A stretch of 64,000 bases of DNA from positions 576,001-640,000 of the forward strand of contig OY968762.1 of assembly GCA_963695225.1 (NCBI GenBank), given 5' to 3'. Under the pieces are notes generated by a model, which had not been told where the DNA came from, ran no database searches, and saw nothing but the letters and a program-made list of their open reading frames with translations. The position numbers and the translations under genes were made by a program. The DNA comes from Vulcanimicrobiota bacterium (GTDB lineage: Bacteria > Vulcanimicrobiota > Vulcanimicrobiia > Vulcanimicrobiales > Vulcanimicrobiaceae). This document shows positions 40,843-50,626 of this stretch, one piece after another. How positions within the stretch are numbered: position 1 is the first letter of the stretch; the number at the start of each line of letters is the position of its first letter.

Positions 40843-41906
40843 CGGAACTCGGCGCTCCCCGGAGCTTCGTGCAAGCGATTCAAGACGGCGCGCACGCTCC
40901 GCTTCGGGACGGTGACGCCGAATTCGACGTCGCCGATCGCGCGCGGGAGCACGAAGCGCAGCGCCCCGTCGCGCGTCTTCTTGTCGCTGCTCATGGCCGC
41001 GAGAAGTCCGTCGACGTCGTCGCTCGGCGCGACGAGCGGCAGGCGCAGCAACGCGAGGAGCGAGAGGACGCGTAAGTGATCGGCTTGGGAGAAGCGCCCG
41101 GTCCGCAACGCGAGCAGCCCCGCCGCACGCAACCCGATCGCGACCGAGGCGCCGTGCGGGCTGCGGTACGCGCTCACGCGCTCGATCGCGTGCGCGAACG
41201 TGTGTCCGAGGTTGAGCACTTCGCGCGCACCGTTCTCGAGCTTGTCGTCGTTGACGACGGCCGCTTTGATCCGGACGGAATCGGCGACGATCGTCTCCCA
41301 CGGCCACTGCGCGAACGGATGCGGCGCGAGCGTCTCGAGCGAATGGAATGCGTCGCCGCCCTCGATGACGCCGTGCTTGACGACCTCGGCGAGGCCTTCG
41401 CGAATTTGCCGGTCCGGGAGCGTCGCGAGCGCGCCGACGTCGCAGAAGACCGCCCGTGGATCGCGAAACGCGCCGGCGAGGTTCTTGCCGGCGGCGAGAT
41501 CGATCCCGGTCTTCCCGCCGATCGACGCATCGACCATCGCAACGAGCGACGTCGCGACGTGCGCGTAGGGCACGCCGCGCATGTACGTCGCGGCGGCGAA
41601 GCCGAAGAGATCGCTCGCGACGCCGCCGCCGACGCCGAGCACCAGCGTCCGCCGTTCCGCCCCGAGTTCGGCGAGCTTCTCCCACAACGCGGCGAGCGTG
41701 CGCGCGTTCTTGCGCCGTTCGCCGAGCGGGACACAGACGAGCTGCGCGCGCAGCGAACGGGCGAGCGGTTTCGCGCGCGCTTCTAGGTTCCGGTCGGCGA
41801 GGACGACGATCTTGCCGTAGCCGCCGCTCCGCACGAAAGCCGCGACGTGCTCCCCGACGCGTTCGTCGATGACGACGGGATAGCCGAGGTCGTCGAAGCG
41901 CGTCAT
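40839..41906 (-). CDS. aroB: 3-dehydroquinate synthase
   Basis: GGGVASD, AATYMRG, DASIGGKT, GLAEVVKH, LNLGHTFAHAIE, DKK. Confidence 0.95.
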   Translation of the reverse strand: MTRFDDLGYPVVIDERVGEHVAAFVRSGGYGKIVVLADRNLEARAKPLARSLRAQLVCVPLGERRKNARTLAALWEKLAELGAERRTLVLGVGGGVASDLFGFAAATYMRGVPYAHVATSLVAMVDASIGGKTGIDLAAGKNLAGAFRDPRAVFCDVGALATLPDRQIREGLAEVVKHGVIEGGDAFHSLETLAPHPFAQWPWETIVADSVRIKAAVVNDDKLENGAREVLNLGHTFAHAIERVSAYRSPHGASVAIGLRAAGLLALRTGRFSQADHLRVLSLLALLRLPLVAPSDDVDGLLAAMSSDKKTRDGALRFVLPRAIGDVEFGVTVPKRSVRAVLNRLHEAPGSAEFR

Positions 41907-42421
41907 TTCCCAAGCTCCGTGCGGACGAGCGCCGCGATCCGCCGCACGAGCGCGACGCGCGAGCGCGTGCCGCCCTCGATGACGATCTCGGCCTCGCGGT
42001 AATATGGCTCGCGCTCCGCCATCAACGTGCGCACGCCGGCGAGCGTCGGCTGATCCCCGACCACGGGGCGGATCGTGCGCGAGCGTCTGAGGCGCCCCAG
42101 GATCTTCTCCGGGCTGACGGCGATGTAGACGCGGACGGCGCGCCGTTCGAGCAAGGAGCGCGTCGGCGCGTGCGTCACCGCGCCTCCGCCGAGCGCGATC
42201 ACCTTTCCCGGGCCTTCGAGCGCGGCTTCCGCGGCGGCGCGCTCGTACTCGCGAAAGCGCGCCTCGCCTTCGTTCGCGAAGATCTCGTGGATCGGGCCGT
42301 GGGCCGCTGTGACGAGCGCGTCCGTGTCGACGAACTCGCACTCGAGTTCGCGCGCGAGGCTCCGTCCGAGCGTGGTTTTGCCCGCAGCCATGAAGCCCAC
42401 GAGGGCGACGTGGGCTTTCAC
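41903..42421 (-). CDS. aroK: Shikimate kinase
   Basis: GFMAAGKTT, DTD, GEARFREYE, LGGG. Confidence 0.95.
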   Translation of the reverse strand: MKAHVALVGFMAAGKTTLGRSLARELECEFVDTDALVTAAHGPIHEIFANEGEARFREYERAAAEAALEGPGKVIALGGGAVTHAPTRSLLERRAVRVYIAVSPEKILGRLRRSRTIRPVVGDQPTLAGVRTLMAEREPYYREAEIVIEGGTRSRVALVRRIAALVRTELGK

Positions 42422-43584
42422 GAACCGGAGGCGGGCGTGCCGTCGAACAAGCGCGCGGCGGCGGCGACCGCGCGCTCGAAGTTGTCGCGCGTCTCCTCGA
42501 TCGAGTCGCCCCCGAACTTTTCGAGAATCGGCCCGGTCAGCGCGAGCCGGGCCATCGCTTCGCCCACGATCGAGGCCGCGGGGACGACGCAGACGTCGCT
42601 GCGCACGATCGATGCGGGCGCCGCCGTCCCCTCGTGCAGGTTCACGGATGGGAGCGCCCTCATCAGCGTCGGGATCGGCTTCACGGTGACGCGCAGGAGG
42701 ATGTCCTGCCCGTTCGAGATGCCGCCTTCAATGCCGCCGGCGCGGTTCGAACCGCGCCGCACTTCACCGTCTCGGAGCGCGAAGACATCGTGCGCCGCCG
42801 AGCCCGGGGTCGCCGCGACCTCGCGGCCTGCGCCGACTTCGACGGCCTTCACCGTCTGCATGGACATCAGCGCGCCCGCGAGGATACCGTCCAGGCGCGT
42901 CTCGGCTTGCCGGTTCGAACCGACGCCGGCGGGAACTCCCCAAATGCGGATCGCGAACGTTCCGCCGAGCGTGTCGCCCGCGGCCTTCGCGGCGTCGATC
43001 GCCGCGATCATCTCCCGTGCGGCCGCCTCGTCCGGGCAGCGGACTTCGCTCGCGTCGACGGCGGCCTGATCGAACTCGGCCGGGACGCGCGCCTGGACGC
43101 CGCCGATCTGCGAGACGTAGGCGGACGTGTGGATCCCGAGCGCTGCTAGGAATTGCGCGCAGATGGCGCCGCAGGCGACGCGCATCGCGGTCTCGCGGGC
43201 ACTTGCCCGTTCCAGAATGTTGCGGAGATCGCGTTGCCGGTACTTGAGCGCGCCCGCGTAGTCCGTGTGCCCCGGGCGCGGATTCGTCAGCGGCTTGCCG
43301 CCGCCGGTGAGCGGGTCCATCAGCGCGCGAACGTTCTCGAAATCCTGGTTGCGGACGAGGATCGCGAGCGGCGAGCCGAGCGTCTTTCCGCCGCGCAAGC
43401 CTGCGAGGAACTCGACCGTATCGGTCTCGATCTTCATCCGCCCGCCGCGTCCGTAGCCGCCTTGCCGCGCTTTGAGGGTCGCGTCGATCGCGGCGACGTC
43501 GAGCCGGAGGTTGGCCGGGAGGCCGTCGAGGATGCCGACGAGCGCGGGCCCATGGGACTCGCCGGCCGTGAGATACCGAAACAT
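42418..43584 (-). CDS. aroC: Chorismate synthase
   Basis: TAGESHG, RQGGYGRGGRM, PRPGH, ERASARET, GGIEGGISNG, RSDVC. Confidence 0.97.
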   Translation of the reverse strand: MFRYLTAGESHGPALVGILDGLPANLRLDVAAIDATLKARQGGYGRGGRMKIETDTVEFLAGLRGGKTLGSPLAILVRNQDFENVRALMDPLTGGGKPLTNPRPGHTDYAGALKYRQRDLRNILERASARETAMRVACGAICAQFLAALGIHTSAYVSQIGGVQARVPAEFDQAAVDASEVRCPDEAAAREMIAAIDAAKAAGDTLGGTFAIRIWGVPAGVGSNRQAETRLDGILAGALMSMQTVKAVEVGAGREVAATPGSAAHDVFALRDGEVRRGSNRAGGIEGGISNGQDILLRVTVKPIPTLMRALPSVNLHEGTAAPASIVRSDVCVVPAASIVGEAMARLALTGPILEKFGGDSIEETRDNFERAVAAAARLFDGTPASGS

Positions 43585-43652
43585 CCCGCACGCCTTCGAC
43601 GCCGGGCGCAGCATTTCCGCGACCCGAGCGAGCGCTCCGCGACGGCAGCTCG

Positions 43653-44756
43653 ATGATCGCGCTCGGCTTCTCCGCCGCGCTGGCCCTGTGCGTCGCCGCG
43701 GGGATCGTGCTGCTGCGGGCGCGCGAGCGCGTTCCGCTGGAAGCGCGCCTGCTCGAGGCGCGGCAGGCGCACCTGCACGGCACGTTGCGGCGCTGCCTCG
43801 AGGCCGCGCGCAGCTCGCCCGAGGAGGTCCTGCGCCGCTTCTCGCAGGCCGTTCGCGAACTCGATCCGGCGATCGATGCGATCCTCTGCTTCGAACGATC
43901 CGGCGCCGCTCTCCGCTGCACGTTTGCGGAAGGCGCCGAGACGGACTTCATCCGCGATACCACCCTGCCGCTCGAGGCGGACGCGGCGCCTCCGGTCGCG
44001 GCGTTCTTGCAAGGGCATCGGATCGCGTCGCGCGGATTGCAAACGGCGCTACTCCCGACCGACCGCGCGTTCTTGGCCGTCCCGCTCTCGGACGGAGCGC
44101 GCCCGTTCGGCGCGTGCTATTGCCTCTCGCGGCGCGTCGATGCGCTCGCCGCCGAGGCGTCGATCGTCGCGCTCGCCGAACTCGCCGGCCCCGCAATCGC
44201 GCTCGCGCGCGAGCGGGCGCGCGACCGGGAACACGCCTCGCTCGACGCGCTGACCGGCTTGCTCACGCCGCGCACGCTCCGCGACCGCTTGGCGGAGCTG
44301 GACCTGCGGCCGGGGACGCTCGTCGCCCTGGCGTTCGTCGATAGCGACAACTTCAAAGCGTGCAACGACGCGCTCGGTCATGCCGCGGGCGACGCGGTGC
44401 TCAAGGAACTCGCCCGCATCCTGCGCGCCGCCGCCGGTCCCGGGGCGCTCGTCGCGCGCAACGGCGGAGACGAGTTCTGCATCCTGTTCGCCGGCCTCCC
44501 GAAGTCCGATGCGATCCACCGGGCGGAAGCCGTTCGCGCGGCGGTCGAGCGGCACGCGTTCGAACCGGTACTCGCCGGGCGCACCCCATCCCGCCCGATC
44601 ACCGCAAGCATCGGCCTCGCAGGCTTTCCCGACGACGCCGCATCCGCGGGCGAACTCCTCGAGCGCGCAGACGCCGCGATGTACCACAGCAAACGCGCCG
44701 GACGGAATCGCGTCTCCTTCTACGCCGCGAGCGGCGAATTGTGCACGTTGCGGTAG
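43653..44756 (+). CDS. Membrane-anchored GAF-GGDEF diguanylate cyclase
   Basis: DALTGL, DSDNFKACND..GH..GD, RNGGDEF, SIG, ADAAMY..K..GRN; no RxxD I-site. Confidence 0.9.
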   Translation: MIALGFSAALALCVAAGIVLLRARERVPLEARLLEARQAHLHGTLRRCLEAARSSPEEVLRRFSQAVRELDPAIDAILCFERSGAALRCTFAEGAETDFIRDTTLPLEADAAPPVAAFLQGHRIASRGLQTALLPTDRAFLAVPLSDGARPFGACYCLSRRVDALAAEASIVALAELAGPAIALARERARDREHASLDALTGLLTPRTLRDRLAELDLRPGTLVALAFVDSDNFKACNDALGHAAGDAVLKELARILRAAAGPGALVARNGGDEFCILFAGLPKSDAIHRAEAVRAAVERHAFEPVLAGRTPSRPITASIGLAGFPDDAASAGELLERADAAMYHSKRAGRNRVSFYAASGELCTLR

Positions 44757-44759
44757 GTG

Positions 44760-45305
44760 CTACCGTCCGTTCGGGTAGAGGACGACGGAGAGCGAAGATA
44801 GCGCCGCCTTCGCGTCCTTGTCGTCGGCGTCGCCGAGGTGCGCTGTGTACGAGACGACGATGCTGCGGCGGCCGTCGAACAAGACGTATTCGTAGCGCTC
44901 GTAGATGTGGCCGAGCTCCTGGCCGTAGGATACGCGCTGCCACCAGGCGGGCATGCCGTTCGGCAGGACGACGCGGGCCTTGTGATCGATGAACGCGTGG
45001 TCGAACTGCGTGCGCAGCTCGCTCGCGTGGACGTCGGCGACGGAATCGAACGTCCCGTCGAACCTGCCGACTTCTATCGCGATCGTTCGCTGGCCGTATT
45101 GCCCCCGATCCTTCGCGAAGATCGCGACGGGGTGCAAGGAATCCTCGGTCGCGCTGGGCGTGAACCGGACGCGCTCCCAGCCCGGCGGCGGCGCGAAGTG
45201 CATCGCCGGGTCGTCGTAGGAGAGCGCGTCGGCGGGTTCTGCGGCGGCGGCGAACCCACGGGTTGCGAAGGCGAACGCGCAGAGCGCGAAAGTCGAGCGT
45301 TTCAT
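44760..45305 (-). CDS. Hypothetical exported protein (possibly PsbP/DcrB-like)
   Basis: Signal peptide MKRSTFALCAFAF..., F.PP.GW motif; ATGA-coupled to the esterase. Confidence 0.6.
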   Translation of the reverse strand: MKRSTFALCAFAFATRGFAAAAEPADALSYDDPAMHFAPPPGWERVRFTPSATEDSLHPVAIFAKDRGQYGQRTIAIEVGRFDGTFDSVADVHASELRTQFDHAFIDHKARVVLPNGMPAWWQRVSYGQELGHIYERYEYVLFDGRRSIVVSYTAHLGDADDKDAKAALSSLSVVLYPNGR

Positions 45306-46339
45306 TCTCGGTCGAGGACCTCCGCGAGCGCGGGGAGCGAGACGGCGTGGCGATACCCGATGTTCCGGTGGTCGTCGTCGAACTCTTCGTGCCGAACGGC
45401 GAGCCCGAGCTCGCGCATCCGCGCGACGAGGACGCGCGCCCCGATATCGAGCGCGTACTCGTCGCGGCGGCCGCAATCGACGTAGCGCAGGCGCAGGCGG
45501 CCGAGTTCGGCCCCTCGCGCGCGGCAGCGCTCGGCGGGATCGAAGGCGATCCAGCGCGCGAAGACGTCGTCGCGGACTTCTCCGGTCTTGGGATCGAACG
45601 GCAGGTCGAAAGCGAACGCGCGCGCCCCGGTGGGCGAATATGCAGCAGCGTAGCCCAGCATCTCGATCGTCGCGTACTCGGCGGCCGAACGCTTCGGCTT
45701 CGCTTCGAATGCCGCGACGAACGCCGCGAGGTCGCCGCCGTGCGCTTCGAGCGTCCGCTGCGCGAGCGTAAACGCCGGAACGAACGCCGCCCGGAAATGC
45801 GCGTCGCCGCTGTGCGAAGCGAACGCGCAGAAGACGCCGGGATGCTCCATCGGCAAGTGCAGCGCGGCGAACCCTCCGGTGGACTTGCCGAAGATCGCGC
45901 GGCCGCCCTCGCGGGCGAGCGTCGGATACGTCCGGTCGACGTGCCCGACCGCATCGCGCACGAAATAGGTCGCGTAGGCGCCGTTGTGGATCGAATCGAC
46001 GTACTGCGAGCCGCCGAGGCGCGTGAATCCGTCCACGAGCGCAAGGATCACGGGCGGCATCTTCCCTTCCGCAATCAAGCGGTCGGCCCACTGCACGACG
46101 TTGCGCTCCCAGGGACGGGTCGAGAGCAGCGCGGCCACGTCGCCCGTGTAGCCGTGCGCGCAATAGAGCACGCCGTACCGGCGCGAAGCGCCGGGGTCGA
46201 AGCCGGGCGGAAGGTAGATCCCAAGCGGCCGGCTCGCGGGATCGCCGAGCGGGTTGTTCGCCAGCGCCGGCGAGTCGACCCAATCGATGCGCAGATCGCC
46301 GCGCAGGCCCAGTAGGCGCGCGAGTTCGGAGGAAGCCAT
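45302..46339 (-). CDS. Putative esterase (Fes/enterochelin-esterase-like alpha/beta hydrolase)
   Basis: IYLPPG, GGSQY, GKSTGG, VDCG..DE, EEFDDDH. Confidence 0.85.
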   Translation of the reverse strand: MASSELARLLGLRGDLRIDWVDSPALANNPLGDPASRPLGIYLPPGFDPGASRRYGVLYCAHGYTGDVAALLSTRPWERNVVQWADRLIAEGKMPPVILALVDGFTRLGGSQYVDSIHNGAYATYFVRDAVGHVDRTYPTLAREGGRAIFGKSTGGFAALHLPMEHPGVFCAFASHSGDAHFRAAFVPAFTLAQRTLEAHGGDLAAFVAAFEAKPKRSAAEYATIEMLGYAAAYSPTGARAFAFDLPFDPKTGEVRDDVFARWIAFDPAERCRARGAELGRLRLRYVDCGRRDEYALDIGARVLVARMRELGLAVRHEEFDDDHRNIGYRHAVSLPALAEVLDRE

Positions 46340-46414
46340 CGAGGTTCTGTGCGCGGCGCGAGCCCCGGACCCTGCCGCGAGGGCTCGCACCTCCCCGTTC
46401 GGAACAGGCGGACG

Positions 46415-49400
46415 ATGATACGCGGCGTGGACCTGCGCGGAGCGCTCGCGATCAACGCGATCTCGATGATCGGGATCGGGCCGTTGATCACCATTCCGCT
46501 CGTGCTGATGAACCTGCACGGCCCGCTCTCGCTCGCCGGCTGGATCCTCGGCGCGTTCCTCGCGCTCTGCGACGGCCTCGTCTGGGCCGAGCTCGGCTCC
46601 CGCCTCCCCGGTTCCGGCGGAACCTACGGCTTCTTGCGCGAGGCGTTCGGGCGGGCCGGCCTCGGCAAGATGCTCGCGTTCCTGTTCGCTTGGCAGACGC
46701 TCTTCTCGGCGCCGCTCAACCTCGCGACCGGCTACATCGGCTTCTCGAATTACGCGAGCTTCCTCTTTCCGGCCCTCGCCCGGCACCACGAATGGCAGGG
46801 GTGGCTCGCCGTGCTGGTCGGGCTCGCGACGATCGCGCTGCTCTACCGTCACATCGGGAACGTCGCGAAGATCAGCGTGATCTTCGGCCTCGTCGCGGTC
46901 GCCACGCTCGTCCTCGTCGCGGCCGCGGCCTACGGACATTTCGATGCGGCCCGCGCGTTCACGATCGAACGCGGCGAGGGCTTCGGACCCGGCTTCCTCG
47001 CCGGGCTCGGCTCGGCGATGGTCATCACGATGTACGACTATCTCGGCTACAATCAGGCCGCCACCATCGGCGATGAAGTCCGCAACCCCGCGAGGACTTT
47101 GCCGCGCGCTATCGTCGGCTCGATCCTCGTCGTAGCCGCGCTGTACCTCGCGCTGCAGGTCGGCGTGCTCGGCGCGCTGTCGTGGCACGAACTCGTTCCC
47201 GCGGCCCCCGGCGCGGCGGCCCCGGCGGAGGCGCAATTCGTCGCATCGACCGTCGTCCAGCGCAGTTGGGGCCCCGCGGCCGCGGGCCTCCTCACGATCG
47301 CGATCCTGATCACGGCCTTCGCGTCGACGTTCGGCTGCTTGCTCGGATATTCGCGCATCCCGTACGCAGCCGCCCTCGACGGCGTCTTTCTCGCGCCGTT
47401 CGCGCGCTTGCACCCGAAGGGGCACTTCCCATACGTTTCGTTGCTGGCGATCGGGCTGCTCGCGCTCCCCGCGTGTTTCGTCTCGCTCGACATGGTGATC
47501 TCGGCCTTGACGACGGGCATGGTCATCATCCAGAGCTTCGGCGGGATCGCGGCGCTCTTCGCGCTGCGCGCGCGCAAGGGCGAGCAGCCGCGCTCCGAGT
47601 GGTACCGGATGTGGCTCTATCCGGTACCGGCGCTGATCGCGATCGGGGGGTGGACGGCGATCTTCTTCTCCGCCGGGCCGGTCGCGATCGCGTTCGGCCT
47701 CGGCACGCTCGCGGCCGGAAGCGCGGCCTACCTGCTTTGGGCGCGCGGCGCCGCCGCCTGGCCGTTTGCTGCGAGCGCCGCCGCACTCGTGCTGGCGCTG
47801 CTCGCCGCACCGCCGGCCGCCTCCGCGGCGCCGCTCGCAGGCTTCACGAGCAGCGCGATCGTCGAGCGCGACGGAAACCCCGTCTTCACCGTCGACGGGA
47901 AACCGTTCTTCGTCTACGGCGCGGCGTTCTTCTACGAGCGGCTCCCGCGCTCGCAGTGGTCCGCCTCGATGCGCGAGTTGCGGCGCATGGGAATCAATAC
48001 GCTCGACCTCTACGTGATGTGGAATTGGCACGAGCTCGCCGACGGCGATTTCGATTTCGACGGCCGGACGAGCCCGCGGCGCGATCTGCACGAGGTGCTG
48101 CGGCTCGCCCGCGACTACGGCTTCAAGCTGGTCGTTCGCCCCGGCCCCGTCGTTCGCAACGAATGGCGCAACGGCGGGTACCCCGCATGGCTGCTCGAGC
48201 GCCCCGAATACGGGATGCCGCTGCACGATCTCCTGGAAGGGCGGTATCCGCCGACCGCGACGTTGCAGAACGCTCATTCGGACGCCGCCGCGGCGGAATG
48301 GCTCGCGAACGGCACGCACCTGCGCTATGCGAAACGCTGGCTCGAGCGGGTGCTCGCCGAGTTCGCACCGGTTGCCGATCGCGTGATCGCCGTCCAACTC
48401 GACGACGATCAGGGCGCCTACATCGATAACGACACCTGGCCCGCACCGCACTTGCGCGCCTACCTCGAGTGGTTGCGCGACGTCGTGCACGGCGTGACGG
48501 GCCCCTCGCTTCCTACGTTCATCAACACTTACCAGATGAAGGTTACGGCGTCGTCGCCCGTCTGGGCGTGGGGGAATTGGTATCAGAGCGACGCGTATGC
48601 GATCGGCGAGCACGATCGCGCGCAGCTCGAGTTCTCGACCGGGCTGCTCGGAACGCAACGCGACCGCCCCGTGATGGTCGGCGAGTTCCAGGCTGGCTGG
48701 TTGCAACAGCCCGACGACATCTATCCGCGCCCGTCCGATCCTTCGAACACGTTGCTCGCGCTCCATACGATGCTCGCGCAGAACGCGCGCGGCATCGTCA
48801 ATTTCCCGGCGCAGGATACGCTCGCGCCGGCCGGGATGGAGGCGCCCTTCTCCAACGCGTTCTACGCGTGGGATGCGGCGCTGACGATCGACGGGCGTGC
48901 GAGCCCGCGCTACGCCCCGGTCGCGCGTTTCGGCAATCTCGTCGCCGCGTACGGAAGCGCGCTCGCGGCGTCTCGCACCGTCCCGGACGCGGCGATCGTC
49001 TATGCGACGAGCGCGCTCGACGAAACGCGCGTCACGAACGCCGTCATCGCCGAGATCGCCGCTGCGACGCTCGAAGCGCAACGCGCGTGCCGGCACGAAG
49101 GGCTCGCCTGCGACCTCATCGATTTGCGCGCGATCGACGCGGCGGCGCTCGCACGCTATCCGATCGTCTTCTTCCCGTTGCCGCAAAGCGTGACGGCGGA
49201 TCCGAGCCTGCTTTTCGCGCCGGGCGTCGCGAAGCTCGCTGCATATGCGAGCCGCGGCGGCTACGTCGAGCGCGCGCTCCCGGATGGGCCGGCCGTCGCG
49301 CGCGCGCTCGCGGCGACACATCGGCGCCGCGTCGTCGAAGGCTTGCCGGGCGCCGTCTTCGCGCGGAGCGGCGACCCGGCGTTCGCGGGATTCCTGATCG

Positions 49401-50545
49401 CGACGAACTACGAAAGTGCGCCCGTCGAATATGCGAACGTGCGCGTCCAGGTGACGCCGCAAGAAGCCGTGACGCTCCCCCGGATCGCGCTCGGCGCGCG
49501 CGATGCAACGACCATCCCGATACGCAACGCGCTCGCTCCTAGCCCTGAACCTTCGCAAGGGCAGCCCTCGCCTTCGGCGGGCCTCGCCGGCGCGGGTGAC
49601 GGCGTGCCGTTGCGCGCCGATGCCCGGCTCGCAGTTGCCGGTGCGCCGCACGGCGCAGTTCCCGCGGGACGGGCTATCGTTTACGCCGCCGACCTCTTCG
49701 AAGACGGCAAGCCCGTCTTCGTCCTGCAGAATGCGCTCGTCCGGCTCGTCGTTTCGCCGGCGGCGGGCGCGCGTTCGTTCGTCTTCGAGGATCTCGCGAC
49801 GCACGAAAGTGCGTTCACGAGCACCGGCGCGTTCCGCGACGACGTCGCGATCGAGCCCCCGCTTTCCACGACGGATCGCATCGCGAAATACACGCACGAT
49901 TTCCCCGCGGGAACGTTCAATCGCGACTACGGTTGCGCACCGCTCCCCGTCGCTTCGCAAGAGGCGGCGCTGCGCTGCACGTACGACGCGCCCGACGCCC
50001 TCCCGCACGGCGCTCGCTTCGAGCGCACGTTGCGGCTGCCAGCCGACACGCGCGCCGTCGCGGTCGAGGAACGCGCCGCGTTCGCCGGGACCGCGGAGGA
50101 ACGCGCGGGGCAGCACGCGGTCACGGTCAGCTCGCTCGCCGCCGGAGACGCGCGCGCCATGGCGACGCAGATCGTCCTGGCACCGGAACCCGAGCCGTTC
50201 GCGGCGCTGACGGCGCGCCGGGTCGGCCACGGCAACGCGCTCGGACTCTACGATCCGCCGAGCCGGCGCTTCGTCGCCGTCGTCTGGCACCCGGGCGACG
50301 TCGTCGATGCGTCGATCCTCGAGCGCCGGCACTCCATCGTCGTCCGGCTGACCCGCGTCGACGGCTTTCCCGCTCATACGTGGTACGTCCAGGGCCATGC
50401 ACCGTCGCTCGATGCTGCCCGCGCCGAACTCGCCGCCCTCGCGGCCGGAGCGTCGCAAGGGGCGGGTCACCCCGCCGCGAACTTCCGGCGTCCTAGGGGA
50501 AGTGGCGGAACGGTAGACGCAGTCGCCTCAAAAGCGACCGGGTGA
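46415..50545 (+). CDS. Fusion: APC-family permease, GH35-like glycoside hydrolase, C-terminal beta domains
   Basis: MIGIGP, WAELGSRLPGSGGTY, YLGY...DEVRNP, SRIPYAAALDG; then VDGKPF, FYERLP, GINT..LYVMWNWHE..G.FDF, RPGP, GGYPAWL, EFQAGW in one frame. Confidence 0.85.
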   Translation: MIRGVDLRGALAINAISMIGIGPLITIPLVLMNLHGPLSLAGWILGAFLALCDGLVWAELGSRLPGSGGTYGFLREAFGRAGLGKMLAFLFAWQTLFSAPLNLATGYIGFSNYASFLFPALARHHEWQGWLAVLVGLATIALLYRHIGNVAKISVIFGLVAVATLVLVAAAAYGHFDAARAFTIERGEGFGPGFLAGLGSAMVITMYDYLGYNQAATIGDEVRNPARTLPRAIVGSILVVAALYLALQVGVLGALSWHELVPAAPGAAAPAEAQFVASTVVQRSWGPAAAGLLTIAILITAFASTFGCLLGYSRIPYAAALDGVFLAPFARLHPKGHFPYVSLLAIGLLALPACFVSLDMVISALTTGMVIIQSFGGIAALFALRARKGEQPRSEWYRMWLYPVPALIAIGGWTAIFFSAGPVAIAFGLGTLAAGSAAYLLWARGAAAWPFAASAAALVLALLAAPPAASAAPLAGFTSSAIVERDGNPVFTVDGKPFFVYGAAFFYERLPRSQWSASMRELRRMGINTLDLYVMWNWHELADGDFDFDGRTSPRRDLHEVLRLARDYGFKLVVRPGPVVRNEWRNGGYPAWLLERPEYGMPLHDLLEGRYPPTATLQNAHSDAAAAEWLANGTHLRYAKRWLERVLAEFAPVADRVIAVQLDDDQGAYIDNDTWPAPHLRAYLEWLRDVVHGVTGPSLPTFINTYQMKVTASSPVWAWGNWYQSDAYAIGEHDRAQLEFSTGLLGTQRDRPVMVGEFQAGWLQQPDDIYPRPSDPSNTLLALHTMLAQNARGIVNFPAQDTLAPAGMEAPFSNAFYAWDAALTIDGRASPRYAPVARFGNLVAAYGSALAASRTVPDAAIVYATSALDETRVTNAVIAEIAAATLEAQRACRHEGLACDLIDLRAIDAAALARYPIVFFPLPQSVTADPSLLFAPGVAKLAAYASRGGYVERALPDGPAVARALAATHRRRVVEGLPGAVFARSGDPAFAGFLIATNYESAPVEYANVRVQVTPQEAVTLPRIALGARDATTIPIRNALAPSPEPSQGQPSPSAGLAGAGDGVPLRADARLAVAGAPHGAVPAGRAIVYAADLFEDGKPVFVLQNALVRLVVSPAAGARSFVFEDLATHESAFTSTGAFRDDVAIEPPLSTTDRIAKYTHDFPAGTFNRDYGCAPLPVASQEAALRCTYDAPDALPHGARFERTLRLPADTRAVAVEERAAFAGTAEERAGQHAVTVSSLAAGDARAMATQIVLAPEPEPFAALTARRVGHGNALGLYDPPSRRFVAVVWHPGDVVDASILERRHSIVVRLTRVDGFPAHTWYVQGHAPSLDAARAELAALAAGASQGAGHPAANFRRPRGSGGTVDAVASKATG

Positions 50546-50578
50546 ACGCTCGTGTGGGTTCAAATCCCACCTTCCCCA
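50496..50578 (+). tRNA. tRNA-Leu (anticodon CAA), CCA not encoded
   Basis: GGGGAAG acceptor, GTCGC-CTCAAAA-GCGAC anticodon arm, long variable arm, GTGGG-TTCAAAT-CCCAC T arm. Confidence 0.95.
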
Positions 50579-50585
50579 TAAAGAG

Positions 50586-50608
50586 AGGCCCGTATTAGCG
50601 GGCTTTTT
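50586..50608 (+). terminator. Intrinsic terminator after tRNA-Leu, supplied by the islet
   Basis: AGGCCCG-tattag-CGGGCTT followed by T run. Confidence 0.75.
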
Positions 50609-50626
50609 CGTTGCTTGCAGCCCTTC

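Noticed and set aside
38452..41913. 1153-aa PriA and other extended starts (shc, hpnA, cdaA, aroB, glmM)
   Set aside because: Extensions are low-complexity overlaps with neighbouring genes, as expected in high-GC DNA
45302..50470. 1722-aa minus-strand ORF
   Set aside because: Only 45302-46339 (esterase) is protein-like; the rest is an Arg-rich antisense shadow of the permease-glycosidase gene
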